64,000 nucleotides of DNA from Azolla caroliniana (GCA_043228905.1 JBHGNT010000016.1:19096001-19160000); one strand, 5' to 3'. Numbered from the stretch's first letter, positions 48,195 to 62,800 are shown. Notes: generated by a model from the letters alone, not told the origin. A program made the numbers and translations.

Positions 48195-48612
48195 ATCGGT
48201 GATGTTTACCTAGGTGTCGATCTTCCTGACTTTGAGCCTCTTCTTAGTTATAAGCTCCCAGATGTGATGATACCGTACCTCAATGTGGTTCGTCTTTGCA
48301 TGATAGACGGGATTATTAATGAGGTGAATTGCGCTCTGTGAGTCACAATAGATGGTTAGCGCTAGTCGGTTGATTCGGCTTGTAGATGAGAAGATGGCAA
48401 ACACCTTCGATGCTACTATGTACTCGGCCTCTGTGGTTGACAGGTCCGTGCACTCTTGAAGCTTCGACCTCCATGATATCACACTGCCACCATAGGTGAA
48501 AATATAGCCTGATGTTGACTTCCTATTGTCCGTATTTCCGGCATAGTCAGAGTCAGTGTAGCCTTCGACTTCGGTTGAGGTTGTCAAACCGAAAGTCAGT
48601 TGTGTATCTTCG
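48195..48612 (-). mobile_element. Copia RNase H fragment
   Basis: GYTDSDYAGNTDNRKSTSGY, STTEAEY, IYCDSQSAI, HAKTNHIEVRYH. Confidence 0.85.
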
Positions 48613-51600
48613 TGTTGGGAAATATGTCCCTTAGGATAGGAAGAGAAGGACCATGTTGGTGAGTATCTCAGCCAAGGCCGAAACCGAAACCGAAACCGTA
48701 ATCGGAAACCGAAATTGAAATCGTAATCGAAAACTGAAATCGTTTCGGAAGACTATAATTGTAAATAGTCTAAAAAGCCCTTGTGGGTTATACTTGTAAA
48801 TAGCCAAAAAATTGCTTTTGTTTATAAGCAACTAGGGCAAACTTTAGTAAGCTGATGTAGTTGATCATTTATTGAAAAGATAGAACGAGGTAGTTGCCTC
48901 TGTAACCGTGGGCTAGAGAGTGAGAGTGTAACTCTGTAGCTGTCTGTCAGACGAAGGAGAACTCGAGGTCGTTGCCTCTGAGTTCCGTATTTGTACTTCC
49001 TCTCTAATATAGTGATATGTTTTCTTGGGGTTTGTGGACCCCCTGTGGTTTTTCCCATTTTGGGTTTTCCACGTAAAACATTGGTGTCTCTGTGTCTGCA
49101 CATTTTTTATGTCTATGTACTACGTCTTGATTTCTGCACACGAACACGAACACAAACATGAACGTGTAATCGGTTGTGGTCAGTCGATTTCTAACAAAGT
49201 GGTATTAGAGCGATGGAAGACTCGTTCGGCGGCATGTTTAAGCTAACCGAATCCAACTAATCAATGTGGAAGTCGAAGATGAGAGACATGCTCATGTGCA
49301 AAGACGTATGGCTGCCAGTGCAGTTCGGAGATAAAAGACCAGACAAGATCGATGCAATGACATGGGAAGTGTTGCATCTGAAGGAGACCGCATATATAAG
49401 GTGTTTTATAGACATGAGTCTATACAACAACTTCGGCGAAGAAATAGAAGCAGACGTGCTATGGAAGAAGATTAGCGTCATGTTTGAAAACAAGAACGCA
49501 GTGAACCGAGTCTCAGTATTTCGAAAAATCGTGAGGCTCTGGTATCAAGATGGCTCTAGTATGGTGGAGCACATCAATGCCTTCCAAGGATTGATGAAAC
49601 AAACCACCTCTAGCCGATGAGGTATTAGCATTATTGTTGTTGGGATTCCTTTCGGACAGTTGGGAGACGCTCGTTGTCACGTTGGGCAACTCCGAACCGG
49701 AAGTGAAGCATCTATCCCTAGAGCAGGTGAAGTCGAGCTTGTTGAATGAAGAGGCTCGCCAGAAGGATCGTGAGTCCAATACCGACGAGAAGGCCTTAAT
49801 CACGGAAGGTGACACGATTTGGGGAACAGGTCGAAATTGAAGTTCCTAGAACCGAGATAAGTCGGGGACCAGGTCGAAGTCGAGGGGGAGACCCACGTGC
49901 TTCTATTGTGGGAAGTTAGGGCACTTCCAGAAAACCTGCCAACACTTTCGAAAGGAGAAAGGGGGAGCTGATGGTGTAGAGGCGAAGAAAATCCGAGACA
50001 GAAAGAACACCTCAGCAATTGCTACGAGTGAGGAGGAGTTGTTGCTCATCAATGAGCAAGACGAAGTGAATCTCATCGGCGAAGAATTGACATGGGTGTT
50101 TGATTTGGGTGCGTCATTCCACCTTACCCCTGACCGAAAGTGCTTCTCATCATACAGAGCCGAAGATCTCGGATCCGTAAAGATGGGAAATGAAGGAGCA
50201 TGCCGAATCGTTGGCATTGGAGATGTGTGTTTGGAAACCTCAACCGGGTGTAGACTCGTGTTGAGAGATGTACAACACGTTCTAGAGGTTTGATTGAACC
50301 TAATATCAGCCGATCGACTAGATGATGAAGGCTACACGGGTAGCATCCGAAATGGTGTCATGAAGTTCTGCCGAGGAAGCCCGATCATGGCTCGAGCCCG
50401 GAAAAACCAACACACTATACATAATGAATGCTCAAATATGTCGAGGGGAAGCAAATGTGGCAGCTCGCACGGTTGGTGAACTGTGGCACAAGAGGTTGTG
50501 CCATATGAGCCAGAAGGGGATGCGAAAGCTTGCCGATGATAACCTCGTTCCTGAGGTGAAGAACGTGCAACTTGAGAAGTGCACAGATTGCTTGGCCGGT
50601 AAGCAGAACCGAACATCCTTCCAAACGAGGCCCCCGATGAGGAAGAAAATGCCGTTGGAATTCGTGCATATGGATGTATGCTATGTGGACACGAAGTCGC
50701 ATGGTGGTTTGTAGTATTTTGTGACATTCATTGATGACTGTAGCCAGAAGTTGTGGGCTTCCGTCTTGAAGACGAAGGATCAAGTGTTATCCGTCTTCAA
50801 AGAGTTCCAAGCGAGGGCCGAGAGAGAAACCGACCGAAAACTAAAGGCAGTCTGAGCGGATAATGCCAGAGAGTATCGTGGACCGTTCGAGGAATACTAC
50901 TGAAATCAAGGAATCCAGCTTGAAGATACCGTGCCAAAGGCTCCAGAGCTTAATGGGCTGGCCGAGAGAATGAACCAGACTGTAATGGAAAGGGTCCGAA
51001 GTATGCTTGCACATGCTAAGTTACCGAAGACGTTCTGGGTTGAGACGCTGATGAGGTAGTGTACGTGATAAACCGATCACCCTTAGTACCCTTGGACGGT
51101 GATATTCCACAAAGGGTGTGGAGTGGCAAAGACACATCGTACCGACATTTGAGGGTGTTCGGCTGTCTTGCTTATGTGCATGTGGCAAAGGACTAGAGGG
51201 GGAAGTTGGACCTGAAATCTCGGCCATGCATATTTCTCGGCTACGACAATGATGAATTTGGCTATCGACTATAGGACTTAGCCAAGAAGAAAGTGATTAG
51301 GAGCCGCGACATTGTCTTCATGGAGGAAAAGACAATAGTTGACTGGGAGATTGAGAATAAGTCTCCAAATACCGAATCGAGTAGAAGCTGATTTGATCGA
51401 AATCAAATCCGAGCTAGTCGGCCGAGTTAATACTCAGCAAAATCGAGAACCGATCGAAGAACGAGGGGAATTGGTCAAACAAGGAACCAAATTCGACTCG
51501 TCCGAAGAAGTCGAAGAAGAACTGACTGTACCAAAAATTTGAATCCTTCATGACCGACGACAGATACCACAAAACGCAAGCTGGTCACTGCGTATTTGTG

Positions 51601-52548
51601 AAGAAATTCGATGGAGGAGATTTCCTCATCCTTCTGTTGTACATGGACAACATGTGAAGATCTGAGTGCTGAAAAAGTCTTTGAGCACATCGTTCTCAAT
51701 GAAGGATATGGGTTTGGCAAAGCAAATCCTGGGGATGCACATTGTTCGGGATCGAACAAAGAAACTATTGTGGCTGTCACAAGAAAAATACGTGACAAAG
51801 GTGCTCTAGAGATTCAACATGGAAAGCGCGAAACCGGTCGGCTCGACACTGCCGACGAATTGCAAGCTAAAGAAAGAACAATGTCCGAAATCGAAAACCA
51901 AGAAGGCCGAGATGTCAAATGTTCCTTATGCCTCGGTAGTCGGAAGCCTGATGTACGCGATGGTATGTACCAGGCCGGACATAGGATACGCAGTTGGTGT
52001 GGTTAGCCGATACATGAACAACCCCGGAAGAGAGCATTGGGCTGTCGTGAAGTGGATACTTCAGTACCTAAAATGGACCTCGAACGTGTGTCTTCGTTTC
52101 AGTTCAGGTAACCCCACACTGGAAGGTTATACTGACTCAGACATGTTGGCTGATGTGGATACCAACCGAACCACGTCCGGGTACGTAATGACTTATGCAG
52201 GGGAAGCCGTTTCGTGGTAGTCGAGGCTGTAGAAGGCCATGGCGCTGTCAACCACGGAAGCCGAATATATGGCCGCAACGGAAGTCGGCAAGGAAATCAT
52301 ATAGATGGAGTTTATCGGTGAACTGGGAATTCGGCAGGAGGAATTCGAACTCCAGTGCGATACCCAGAGTGCCATCCACCTTGTGAAAAATGCTGCCTAC
52401 CACTCGAGGACCAAACACATCTAGAGAAGATATCATTGGCTTTGAGAATGAGTAGAAGAAAAGGAGTTTGCTGTAGTGAAGATCCACACGGTTGAAAATG
52501 GATCAGATATGTTGACAAATGTGTTGTTAGCCTAAAAGCTAAACACGT
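48613..52548 (+). mobile_element. Third Tork-like copia: 5' LTR 48613-49196, PBS, decayed gag-pol with the RT N-terminus deleted; 3' end not seen
   Basis: tgttggg...ctaaca is followed by PBS tggtattagagc and ATG at 49213. Gag, protease WVFDLGAS, integrase, the RT C-terminus (VPYASVVGSLMYAMVCTRPDI) and RNase H are recognisable. Confidence 0.85.
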
Positions 52549-53229
52549 TGTCGTGAAGAAAACCGGCCTTAAGAAGAATTGATGAATAAGACGCATGAAC
52601 CAACCCTTACGCGCGGGCACAAGATTGATAAGATGTACATAATTAGGAATAGGCCGGCTGATGTAAATATACTAGGTAGTAAAAATTTATTAGCTAGGAA
52701 ATCAATGCGTATCTCTGTCTGAAGGGACAAAGAATAAAGATGATGTATTCAGGTTGTGACGGCCCTCCCCGACGGCCTATAAAAGAAAGGGGAAAATGAC
52801 TAAAACATCTATCGCGTTTTGGGAGGACGAAGTGCTGTCAGACTGGGAATCGAGCACTCTTCTCATTTTTTTTCGTGGAGCTCTGCAGGTTTTGGTCGGT
52901 TGCCTCTACTCGAGGGAGAAGCCCGTCTGCTTCGGTAGAGGCTCCATTGTGTGCTATGTGTGTGAGTGTTTGCGCATGGTCGCTCACCGGCTTGCCAGTT
53001 GTAATCTCGAAGAGCATTGTATTTGCCTAGTTGTCTTAATTGATTCCTTGTTTGTGAGTCCTCTGCGTATTTGTGTGTGTGTCTCGGCCCATTGTTGGCA
53101 CGAAATCAGACGAGAGTGTGTTACTCTTCATTCTTCGTACGCTACCGCGGTAGTCGTCGAGCTAGCAAGCACGAGTTGAGGATCGTTCACTTGGTGAGCA
53201 CTGCGTACCTACTTGCCGGTGTCACGAAA
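52549..53229 (+). mobile_element. LTR (TGTCGTGA...TCACGAAA), probably the 5' LTR of a truncated gypsy element
   Basis: Terminal inverted repeat and internal TATA (cctataaaag at ~52776). It has the same 5' terminus and the same preceding acgt as the 39605 insertion. Confidence 0.6.
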
Positions 53230-53449
53230 ATAGGACGAGGATACGTGAACTTGAGGCAAGACCCCGGGGCCTCCGACCAGAGGATATCACATTCATGCGT
53301 TTATACTTTTAACAATTAATAGAAAGGAGAAAATCTAGTAATTTTTCATTAGCAAAGGAAAAGAAATTACAATATGTCCCAAGATTGGGATTGAAAAGTT
53401 TTAGGTTTACTAAGATTAATAAAAAAGAAAATTTAGGGGTTTTGAGAGA

Positions 53450-53825
53450 TATGGTTTCCGTAGGGAAAAGTAGGGTTTATGAGTCTTATGGCTTCCGTAG
53501 GGAAAATTAGAATTAGGTCATACGAGAGATAGCTTCCGTAAGGAAATTAGGGTTTTTGAGTGTTATGGCTCCGTAAGATAAGGGAGCCGAGAAGGAAAAA
53601 AAAAAAAAAATGGAGAACGGCCCGAGTGTAGGAAAAAAATGGAATTTATATGGGTTTCTTTGTTGATCCCTCCTTTCATGTTCCTTTCCCTCCCCCACTT
53701 TTAGTTGCATGGCCTCCATTTTTAGTTGCTTCCTCTTTACTTTTAGTTGCATGCCCTCCTTTTTTAGTTGCTTCACCTTTACTTTTAATTGCATGGCCTC
53801 TACCTTTAGTTGCATGCCTTCACAT
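53450..53825. repeat. Degenerate short tandem repeats: ttccgtagggaaaa-type units, then ~6 x 21-bp ttttagttgc... units
   Basis: The 7-aa periodicity (MQLKVEA/K) in spurious ORF 53513-53815 reflects the 21-bp unit. Confidence 0.7.
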
Positions 53826-53945
53826 CGCCTTTACTTTACTTTACTTTAATTCGCCGCATGATCCTATCATCCATCCATCTCGACCATCGCCGATCCGATC
53901 CGTCCGGTCAACGTTCGGTTTCCGTTCCGTCGCCGTTCGGTTGCG

Positions 53946-55370
53946 GATTGTAGAGCTAGGAATGCAAGTACGATTTAATCAAGGCGGTTGCTTCATCGAA
54001 AAAGAGGGCCGACTCATCGCTTGCGGACGAAGAGAGGGCCAAATGTTCATTCTCGACTCACACGAGATGAAATTGGCCATGTTCGGAAAGGGAATGAAAG
54101 CCGATTCCGACATAGAGTTATGGCACAAGCGGATTGGCCATATAAACCTCCAAAAGCTCAAGGCAATGCAAGCGAAAGGAGTCATCATCGGGCTCCCGAC
54201 ATTCACGGAGAAAGAGATTGAAGGCGTGTGTGCCGCTTGCCAATTCGGCAACCAACATCGGCACCTATTTCCGAAGGAGCGGAACATGAGCAAAGGCGTA
54301 CTCGACGTAATTCATTCCGATGTATGGGGTCTGGCTTAGACGACTACATTCGGCGGATGCGGATACTACATGGCCTTCATCGACGACTTCTCCAGGCACA
54401 CTTGGATCTACCCCATGCTACAAAAGAGCGAAGTGTTCAGACACTTCCAAAAATTTAAGAATGAAGTCGAGAAAGCCACGGGCCGACATGTACGATGTCT
54501 TCGGTCGGATGGAGGCAAGCAGTACTTCTCTAACAAATTTTCGGCGTTTCCACGGAAAGAAGGAATACGGCGAGAGTTTTCGTGTCGACATACGCCACAA
54601 CAAAACGGAGTGGCCGAACGCAAGAATCGGCACATCCTCGAAGTGGCATGGGCTATGCTTAACGAAAAGCACATGCCGAAATCATATTGGGCGAAAGCAG
54701 CTAACACGACCATCTATCTCATGAATTGGTGTACGACATCGGGTGTGAACGAACTTACTCCGCACGAGAAATTCTTCGGAAAGAAGCCCGACCTATCGCA
54801 TGTTCAGATATTCGGCTCCATTGCGTACATGCACATCCCGATGAGAAGCATCAAAAGCTCGACCCGAAGTCGGAGAAATGTATCCTTGTAGGATACTCAC
54901 TGGAGCAAAAGGGGTACAAGTGCTACAACCCCTCAACTCGAAAATCTTGAGTAAGTCGAGACGTCGTTTCCGATGAGTCCGCATCCTGGTACGCACAAAA
55001 GACAACTTCGACCTCGATTCCACTTGACCCGGATTCCGCCGAAATAGAGATAGAAGCCGAAGATCGACTTACGTGCATGTTTGAAGAAAGTCCGATCACG
55101 AGCCGACTGAGCGGACCACAAGAGCCCCCGAGCGATCAAAGCACATCTCGGCCAAGTCCGAAGATGGACAAAGGGAAGACCAAAATGCCGGAGTATGAAG
55201 ACGATCACTTCGCTAACAACGAATTGACTCACTCCTTCGATAGTGAGTTTGAAGGCCTTGAGATCCGGACAAATGGAGCGGAGAACGCCGTAGTATCCGC
55301 AAACGATCCACCCGTTAAAAGAACCCCGTTAGCCGATTCGGCTACAACGATTATATGGCGTACCATTATG
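53946..55370 (+). mobile_element. Copia pol fragment (gag-pre-integrase and integrase)
   Basis: LWHKRIGH, CAAC, IHSDVWG, FIDDFSR, LRSDGG, QQNGVAERKNRH. Confidence 0.9.
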
Positions 55371-56742
55371 ATAGTTGGTACATGCGGCCGATCCTAGATC
55401 CGTGTCGGCCTTTCCTTGCAAGTTCCTGGCACCGCTTTGACTCCCCTTGCTTGTGGAGGGTCCAGAACTGCTATTAGCACAACCTCTGTGCCTCTGGTCC
55501 TGCTCTTGTCGGCCGCCTCCATTGCGTGCCGACCCACCTCGTCCACCTCGTCCACCACGTCCATGGGGCCGATATGTCTCCGTGTATAGCATCTGACCGT
55601 CCGATTGAGTGGTCCTTGACCCACTCACGTGGTTTTCTTCGACCATCAACATCGATTGTGAAGTCAAAGAAGGTCGGTGGTTTTTCTCGGGTGCAGATCG
55701 CTGTCCGGATTGGCCTGTACCTTTGCGCTAGACCACCGAGGCAGATTTGTACCATCTCGTCTTCGTCCACCATCACGTTGATGGACTCGAGTGCATCGCA
55801 AATCTCCTTTATCTTGGTGGTGTAATCCGTAACCGACATGTCTCTTTGCTGGATGTTGTTCAGCTCTTGCCAGAGCTGCAATTTACGGGCTGTGGTACTC
55901 GCGGCGAAAATCTTCCTCAGATTTCCCTACGTCTCCTTTGGCATCTTTGCATCCTTGATGTAGCCGAGCATTTGATCATGCACACAGGACGCAAGGCAAT
56001 ACAATACTCGGCTCGCTCCCTGCTCCCATATTGGGAAGTCTTTGTGTGACGGCTCTGGTGCGACTTCCTTTGTTCCTTCCATGAAGCTCCAATATCCATG
56101 CCCCAGCAGGTACTTGTGCATTTTATATGACCAGGATGCGTAGTTGCTCCGATCGAGATTCTCTGTTGGAAGTGAACTTGTCATTCCTCTATCCATATCT
56201 TCTCTATGTCTGTTGTTGCCGGGTTCTAGGGTTCGTCAATGAAAGCAAGCGTCGGCTGCAGAGGTTCTCAACCCTCGCGCTCTGATACTATGTGAATGTT
56301 AATGTGCAGAAGCGTCAGACAGAACCGGCTCAGCCGGATAGCAACAAAAAATGAGATGAAGGTTTAATGGAAAAGCTCAAAACACAGAGGAGACAAAGAG
56401 AGCAGAACATAGACTATATTCAAAAAATTAACTCTAAAACTCTGTACATACAACATGCTAAACAACACTATTTATACAAGTCCATAAAGGACTGACAAAA
56501 GTATGGTATACTTCAATGATCACATGAGCTTCTGACACTAACTACGAGACATTAACTACCTAGTGGTCGAGGCTACTACTAGGCTTCTGGTTACTGCTGG
56601 ATCCGGCTAACCGACACCCCAGCTCACCGGCTCACTTGCTCACTGGCTCATGATCCAGCTCATCCTTCTAGATGCCAATTCGGCTCTAGCTTATTCAGCC
56701 GATCCAGATCCGGTTGAGCTCGCTGCTCAACAGCTCTCAACA
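55371..56742 (-). mobile_element. Truncated copia: 5' LTR 56291-56742, PBS and gag
   Basis: LTR tgttgagag...ttcaca on the minus strand, PBS tagtatcagagc, and gag MDRGMTSSLPTENLDRSNYASWSYKM (same family as the gag at 57873). Confidence 0.85.
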
Positions 56743-56802
56743 CATAGATGAAAACTAATGTTTCTCAATTTGCTTATATAGATGGATCCTAAAGTTTCCT
56801 AT

Positions 56803-59800
56803 CTATGTGGCCGGAATCCAAATTACTTCGATGCCAAGGAAGTAACGGAGCTCCTTCATGTCCGTCATCTCGAATTTTCCGGAGAGGAGGGACTTGACCT
56901 TGTTGATGTCGACTAGAATTTCACCTCCAATGACCATATCATCCACGTATAGGATGATGACAATTAGGCTTCTAAAGTCGTGTCGTACGTAGAGGGAGTT
57001 GTTAGATTTCGACATTCGAAAGCTGATTTGATGAAGATAGTGCGTAATCTTCGAATGCCAAGCACGCGGTGCTTGCTTAAGGCCATAGAGTGGCTTCTTG
57101 AGTCGGCACATGGCTTTCAGATGAATGCGCGTTTCGAAGCCGGGAGGTTGTACCATGTACACCTCCTCTTCTAATTCTCCTTGGAGGAAAGTGTTCTTGA
57201 AGTCCATCTGGTGAAGGTGCCACCCTTTTGCCGTAGCAAGTGCAATCACGGTCCGCACCGTCGTCATCTTTGCCACCGGGGCAAAGGTTTTTTCATAGTC
57301 AACTCCATGTGTTTGTGCGTATCCTTTCGCTACGAGTCGAACTTTTGTTGAGAGACAAGCTCAACATCGGCCGGATCGGCTAAAGAAGTCGCGGACTGAA
57401 TCGGTTGAGACCGATCGGTTAGGCCAAATGCGTAAACCGGTACGCAAACCGGTGTGTAGGTAGGGACGGATCGGTGCGTAAACCGGGAGGCCGCTAGGAA
57501 AGATATTCCGTGAGGAATATATTTGGGAGTTAGTGTAGGAGCTCTTAATGGGCATTGAAGTACTGTCAGTACTTCGGTCAGTCCTTCTAGGATTTGTATA
57601 AAAGTGTTCATTGAACACACATATGTATAGAGTGTGGTGAATAGAGATTGAGTATTTTTTTGAATATACTTATTGTGTTTTCCTCTCTCACTCTCTCTGT
57701 CTCTCCCATGTATACTGCGTGAGCTCAAGCTCTCCATTAAACCTAAGTTTTCTTCCTTCTGTTCGGTCATCATACTTGCTTCCGCACGTTACTTTTTACA
57801 TGGTATCAGAGCACGAGGGTTGAGAACCTCTCTGCAGCCGACACAACTTGGCGAAGAAGAACAAGAAGAACGATGGATAGAGGCATGGCGAGCTCGCTTC
57901 CAACAAAGAAGCTCGACAGAACCAACTACGCATCTTGGTCCTACAAGATGCACCAGTACCTGCTTGGGCACGGCTACTGGAGTTATGTCAAAGGAGCTAA
58001 TGACGCGGCACCCAAATCGACACACAGAGACTTCCCGTCGTGGGAGCAATCGGCGAGCAGGGTATTATACTGCTTTGCGTCGTGTGTGGGCCAACAACTA
58101 TTGAGCTATGTTCGGGATGCAAAGACGCCGAAGGGTGCGCGGGAAAATCTGAAGAAGATTTTCGCCGCGAGCACCACAGCCAGGAAGCTTCAGCTCCGAC
58201 AGGAGTTGAGCAACCTACGACAACGCGACTTGTCGGTGGCGGACTATACCTCGAAGATCAAGGATATCTGTGACTCCCTCGCCTCCATAGAGGTGAACAT
58301 CGAGGAGAGCGAGATGGTCCAGATCTGTCTCGGAGGTTTGGCGTCGAAGTTCGGAGCGTTCCGAACGGCTGTGTGTACCCGGGAGAATACGCCGTCCTTT
58401 TTCGACTTACAGTCAATGCTCCTGGTAGAGGAGAACCACGCGGGTGCGTATACAAGCATGCACACCGACAACAGAATGTTGTACACGAAGGGAGATAGGC
58501 ACCATGGATGTGGAGGACGATGCGAGTCGGCGCGCAATGGAGGCGGCCGACGAGATCAAGGAAGAAGGCACCGAAGTGATGCCGACAGCAACTCTGGACC
58601 CTCTGGAAACAGGGGGAGTTGAAGCGATGAGAACCGGCAAGGGAAGGTCATCGCGGAGTGCTGGTACTGTGGCAAGAAAGGCCACAAGGAAAGTGAGTGC
58701 TGGAAGAAGCGCGCTAATTTGGACAGAACCGGTTCCGGAAACGGGTTCGGACATACCGACAAGGGAAATTGGCAGCGATCGCACTACGCCGAAGACTCCG
58801 GGAGAGCCGGAGAAGGGTTTGCCTTTGTGACGAGACATGAAGCAAACTCAATGAAACGAACCACCCCGAGATCGAACGAGGTGTGGTACGTAGACTCTAG
58901 CGCGTCAAACCACATGACGAGCCATAAGGAGTGGTTCTCATACCTTGAAAAACCGATACAACCTGGAGTAGTCGCAACTGGAGACGACACTCCGCATCCA
59001 ATCGCAAATGTCGGAGAAGTTCCCCTTAGCCATGTCGGGCAGAAAGGGAAACTCAAGAACGTGCTGCACGTTCTGACAATCACGAAGAACTTGGTCTCGG
59101 TCGGACAGATCGTCGACCAAGGGATGGAGGTTCGGTTTACACACCTCGGGTGCTTCATTGAGGAAGAAGGCCGTGTGATTGCGCAAGGGCGCAGAGACGG
59201 GAGGATGTTCATCCTCGATTCCACTGACGGCGGCACCGCAATGTTCGCGAAGGGACAAAAATATGAGTCGGACATCGACTTGTGGCACAAGCGGATAGGC
59301 CACATCAACTACCAACGGCTTCAAGATCTGCAATCGAAACAGGTAGTGTTCGGATTGCCCAAATTTAGTGGCCGAAAGGCACAAATTTGTGAAGCCTGCT
59401 AGCTCGGGAAGCAACACCGACTTCCTTTCCCCAACGAGCAAAACCGGAGTTGGAACAAGCTCGACCTTATACACTTTGATGTATGGGGGCCGGCACAAAA
59501 CGTTAGTCTTGGCGGGAGCCGATATTTCGTCTCCTTCATCGACAACCACACGCAGCACACATGGATCTACCTCATTGAGAGGAAGAGTGAAGTCTTTGAC
59601 TGTTTCCGGGACCTCAAAGGGTTCGTGGAAACGCAAACGGGACGAAAGATCAAGTGCCTGTGGTCGGATGGCGGGAAAGAGTACTTTTCTGGTCAATTCA
59701 ACGGATATCTACAACAAATGGGAATTCGGCGTGAATTCAGTTGTAGATACACACCGGAGCAGAACGGCGTGGCCGAGAGGAAGAATCGGTAAGTTGTGGA

Positions 59801-62800
59801 AGCGGCACGAGCAATGCTGGAGGAGAAGAGCTTGCCCAAGTTCTACTGGGCCGAAGCGGTAAGGACCGCGGTATACATCCAGAACCGGATCGGAGACAAA
59901 GTGTCAGCGCACGAGCTATATTTCGGAACAAAGCCGAACTTGCGACACTTGAGGGTGTTCGGTAGCATTGCGTATGTGCATGTACCGAAGGAGAAAAGGA
60001 GGGAGCTGGACGCAAAGGCCGAGAAATGCATCTTGGTTGGTTACTCGGACGAGCAGAAGGGTTATAAGTGCTATAACCCTCGCACCAAACAAGCGCGTGT
60101 TAGCCGCAACGTTGTGTTTGACGAGTCCGCGTCCTGGTACCAGCCCCCGACTCCGAACCCCGACTGCAATCCGAGCCCTGATGATGAGGTCAGCGAGGCC
60201 GAGATGCCTCCGGATGAGTCCGATTTCACTCCGTTTAAGTGGACCGATTGGACGACGGAGTCGGTACGACCAATCCGATGAAGAGCTGGTGAGTAGTGGA
60301 GACTCGACCGTGCATTCCCCGCGCAGGAAGCCGAGGAGACGGCCTATGCGCAAAGAGAAAGGGAAGAAGAAGGCCTCAACATCGGCTAATGTGAGATTAC
60401 GCCGATCTACCCGCCAGAAGAATCCTGTTTTGCGGTTCGGATACAACGAGTACATGGCGCATCATTATGCGTACATGACCCGTGTAGCGGAAGTGCGTGA
60501 GCCGGAGAGCTACGCAGAAGCGGCTAAAGACACGAATTGGCGTGCCACGATGGAGGAAGAGATACACGCATTGGTGGAGAACGAGACCTGGGACCTAGTT
60601 GACGCACCAACAGGGGTAAAACCGATCGGGTGTAGGTGGGTGTACAAGGTCAAGTACAACACCGATGGCTCAGTCAACTGGTACAAGGCTCGACTAGTGG
60701 CAAAGGGCGACGTGCAGAAACACGGCATCGACTACGATGAGACGTTTGCACCGGTCGCAAAAATCACGACCGTCCGTGTTTTGCTTGCAGTAGTTGCTGT
60801 GAAGGGGTGGCACTTACATCAGATGGATGTAAAGAATGTGTTCATGCAAGGTGACCTTGAGGAACAAGTGTACATGGTATAGCCCCCCGGATTTCAGTCC
60901 GGAACGAACTCCTCGGCAGTATGCCGACTGAAGAAGTCCCTTTACGGACTAAAGCAAGCCCCGCGTGCTTGGAACGCGAAGATCACGCAACAACTGCGTC
61001 GGATGGGCTTCGTCACGTCAAAATCGGACTCTTCCCTGTTCATCCGGAAAGGTCGACTCGGACCGGTTAGTATTTTACTATACGTTGATGACTTGGTCAT
61101 CACCGACGCCGACCTAGGTGAAATCGACCTCGTGAAGCTCCAGCTTGCGGCATTGTTCAACATGAAGGATCTGGGAGACCTTCATTACTTCCTCGGGATC
61201 AAAGTGATCCGTACCCCTGAAGGCATATTGATCAGCCAACGTCATTACGTGTTGAGTATGCTCTTCAAATTCGGGATGGCCGACTGTAAGTCCGTCTCGA
61301 CTCCTCTGGAGAGAACCGTCAAGCTTCGTCCCGATACGGGAAAGGTATGCGACCCGATGAGGTTCCGACAAATTGTCGGAAGCCTCATATACTTGACCAT
61401 CACCCGACCCGACCTCAGTTATGCGGTCGGAGTGATCAGTTAGTTCATGGTGCGACCTACCGAGGAGCACCTCCAGTGTGCGGAACGCATACTTCGGTAT
61501 GTCAATGGCACTAAGGATCGGGGACTGCTATATCGGACCGGTGCAGCCGCGGAGTTAGTCGGCTACACCGATGCTGATTGGGCTGGCAACGCCGCCGATC
61601 GCCGATCCACATCCGGATACGCATTCTCCCTCGGGAGTGCCATGATCGCGTGGAGCAGTAAGAAGCAGTCGACAGTTGCACTGTCGATCACCAAAGCTGA
61701 GTACCGAGGAGTGGCTGTCGCGACATGCAAAGCCATATGGTTGAAACGGCTGCTTAGGGACCTGCAAGAGGAGGTGTCAGATCTGACGACGATCTACTGC
61801 GACAACCTCAGCAGCATCCAGCTCGCGAAAAACCCCGTTTTCCACGCACGGACCAAGCACATTGAGGTGCACTACCATTTCGTCCGTGAGCGTGTCCTTT
61901 CCGGTGAAGTCGAACTTCAGTACGTTCCGACGGATCGGCAGACTGCCGACATCTTCACCAAGACTCTTGGTCTGGACAAGTTGCGGCAATTCTCAGGTGC
62001 GCTCGGATTGTGTCACCTCGACGTGCCAAACTTGAGGGGGAGAACAGTCCCGAACGACCAAGCAAGGCAGCAGGAAAGGAGTGGAGACCGTGACACCGAG
62101 TCGGTTGACTCGGTTGTCGAGTTCGACTTCGGATCGACTGAAGAAGCCGAGGGCGGACCCGCGGAAAAGTCCGGAAGTGGACAGAAGGGGAGCAGCCGAA
62201 GGAGAGAGCCGAAGCTAACCACGCATGGGGAAGATGACGCCATTGAGGGCGAGAAGACCGAAGACAATTTGGAGACAGCCAACTCGGACGAGAGCGAAAA
62301 CCGATCGGAGGTAGCCGAGTCGGTTCGGATGTTTGATTCAGATACGCTGAATCAACCGAGGCCCAAGCGGAAGAAAAGGCAGCAGGAGAAGCGTCAACAC
62401 CACAACAACAGAAGAGCTAAGGGCCACATGAGCAGACAAGCCGACCGGAAGGGTCGAAGCGCGCGGAGTCGAACAGGTCGTGGAGCGCGAGCGAGGCGTG
62501 AAGCCAGGATGAGCCAGAGCTGTGAGCCCGAAGATCCCGAAGAGCCTCAAGTTGAGCTTGAGGGGGAGTGTTGAGAGACAAGCTCAACATCGGCTGGATC
62601 GGCTGAAGAAGCCGAGGACCGGATCGGTTGAGACCGATCGATTAGGCCGAATGTGTAAACTAGTACGCAAACCGGTGCGTAGGTAGGGACGGATTGGTGC
62701 GTAAACCGGGAGGCCGCTAGGAAAGATATTCCGTGAGGAATATATTTGGGAGTTAGTGTAGGAGCTCTTAATGAGCATTGAAGTATTGTCAGTACTTCCG

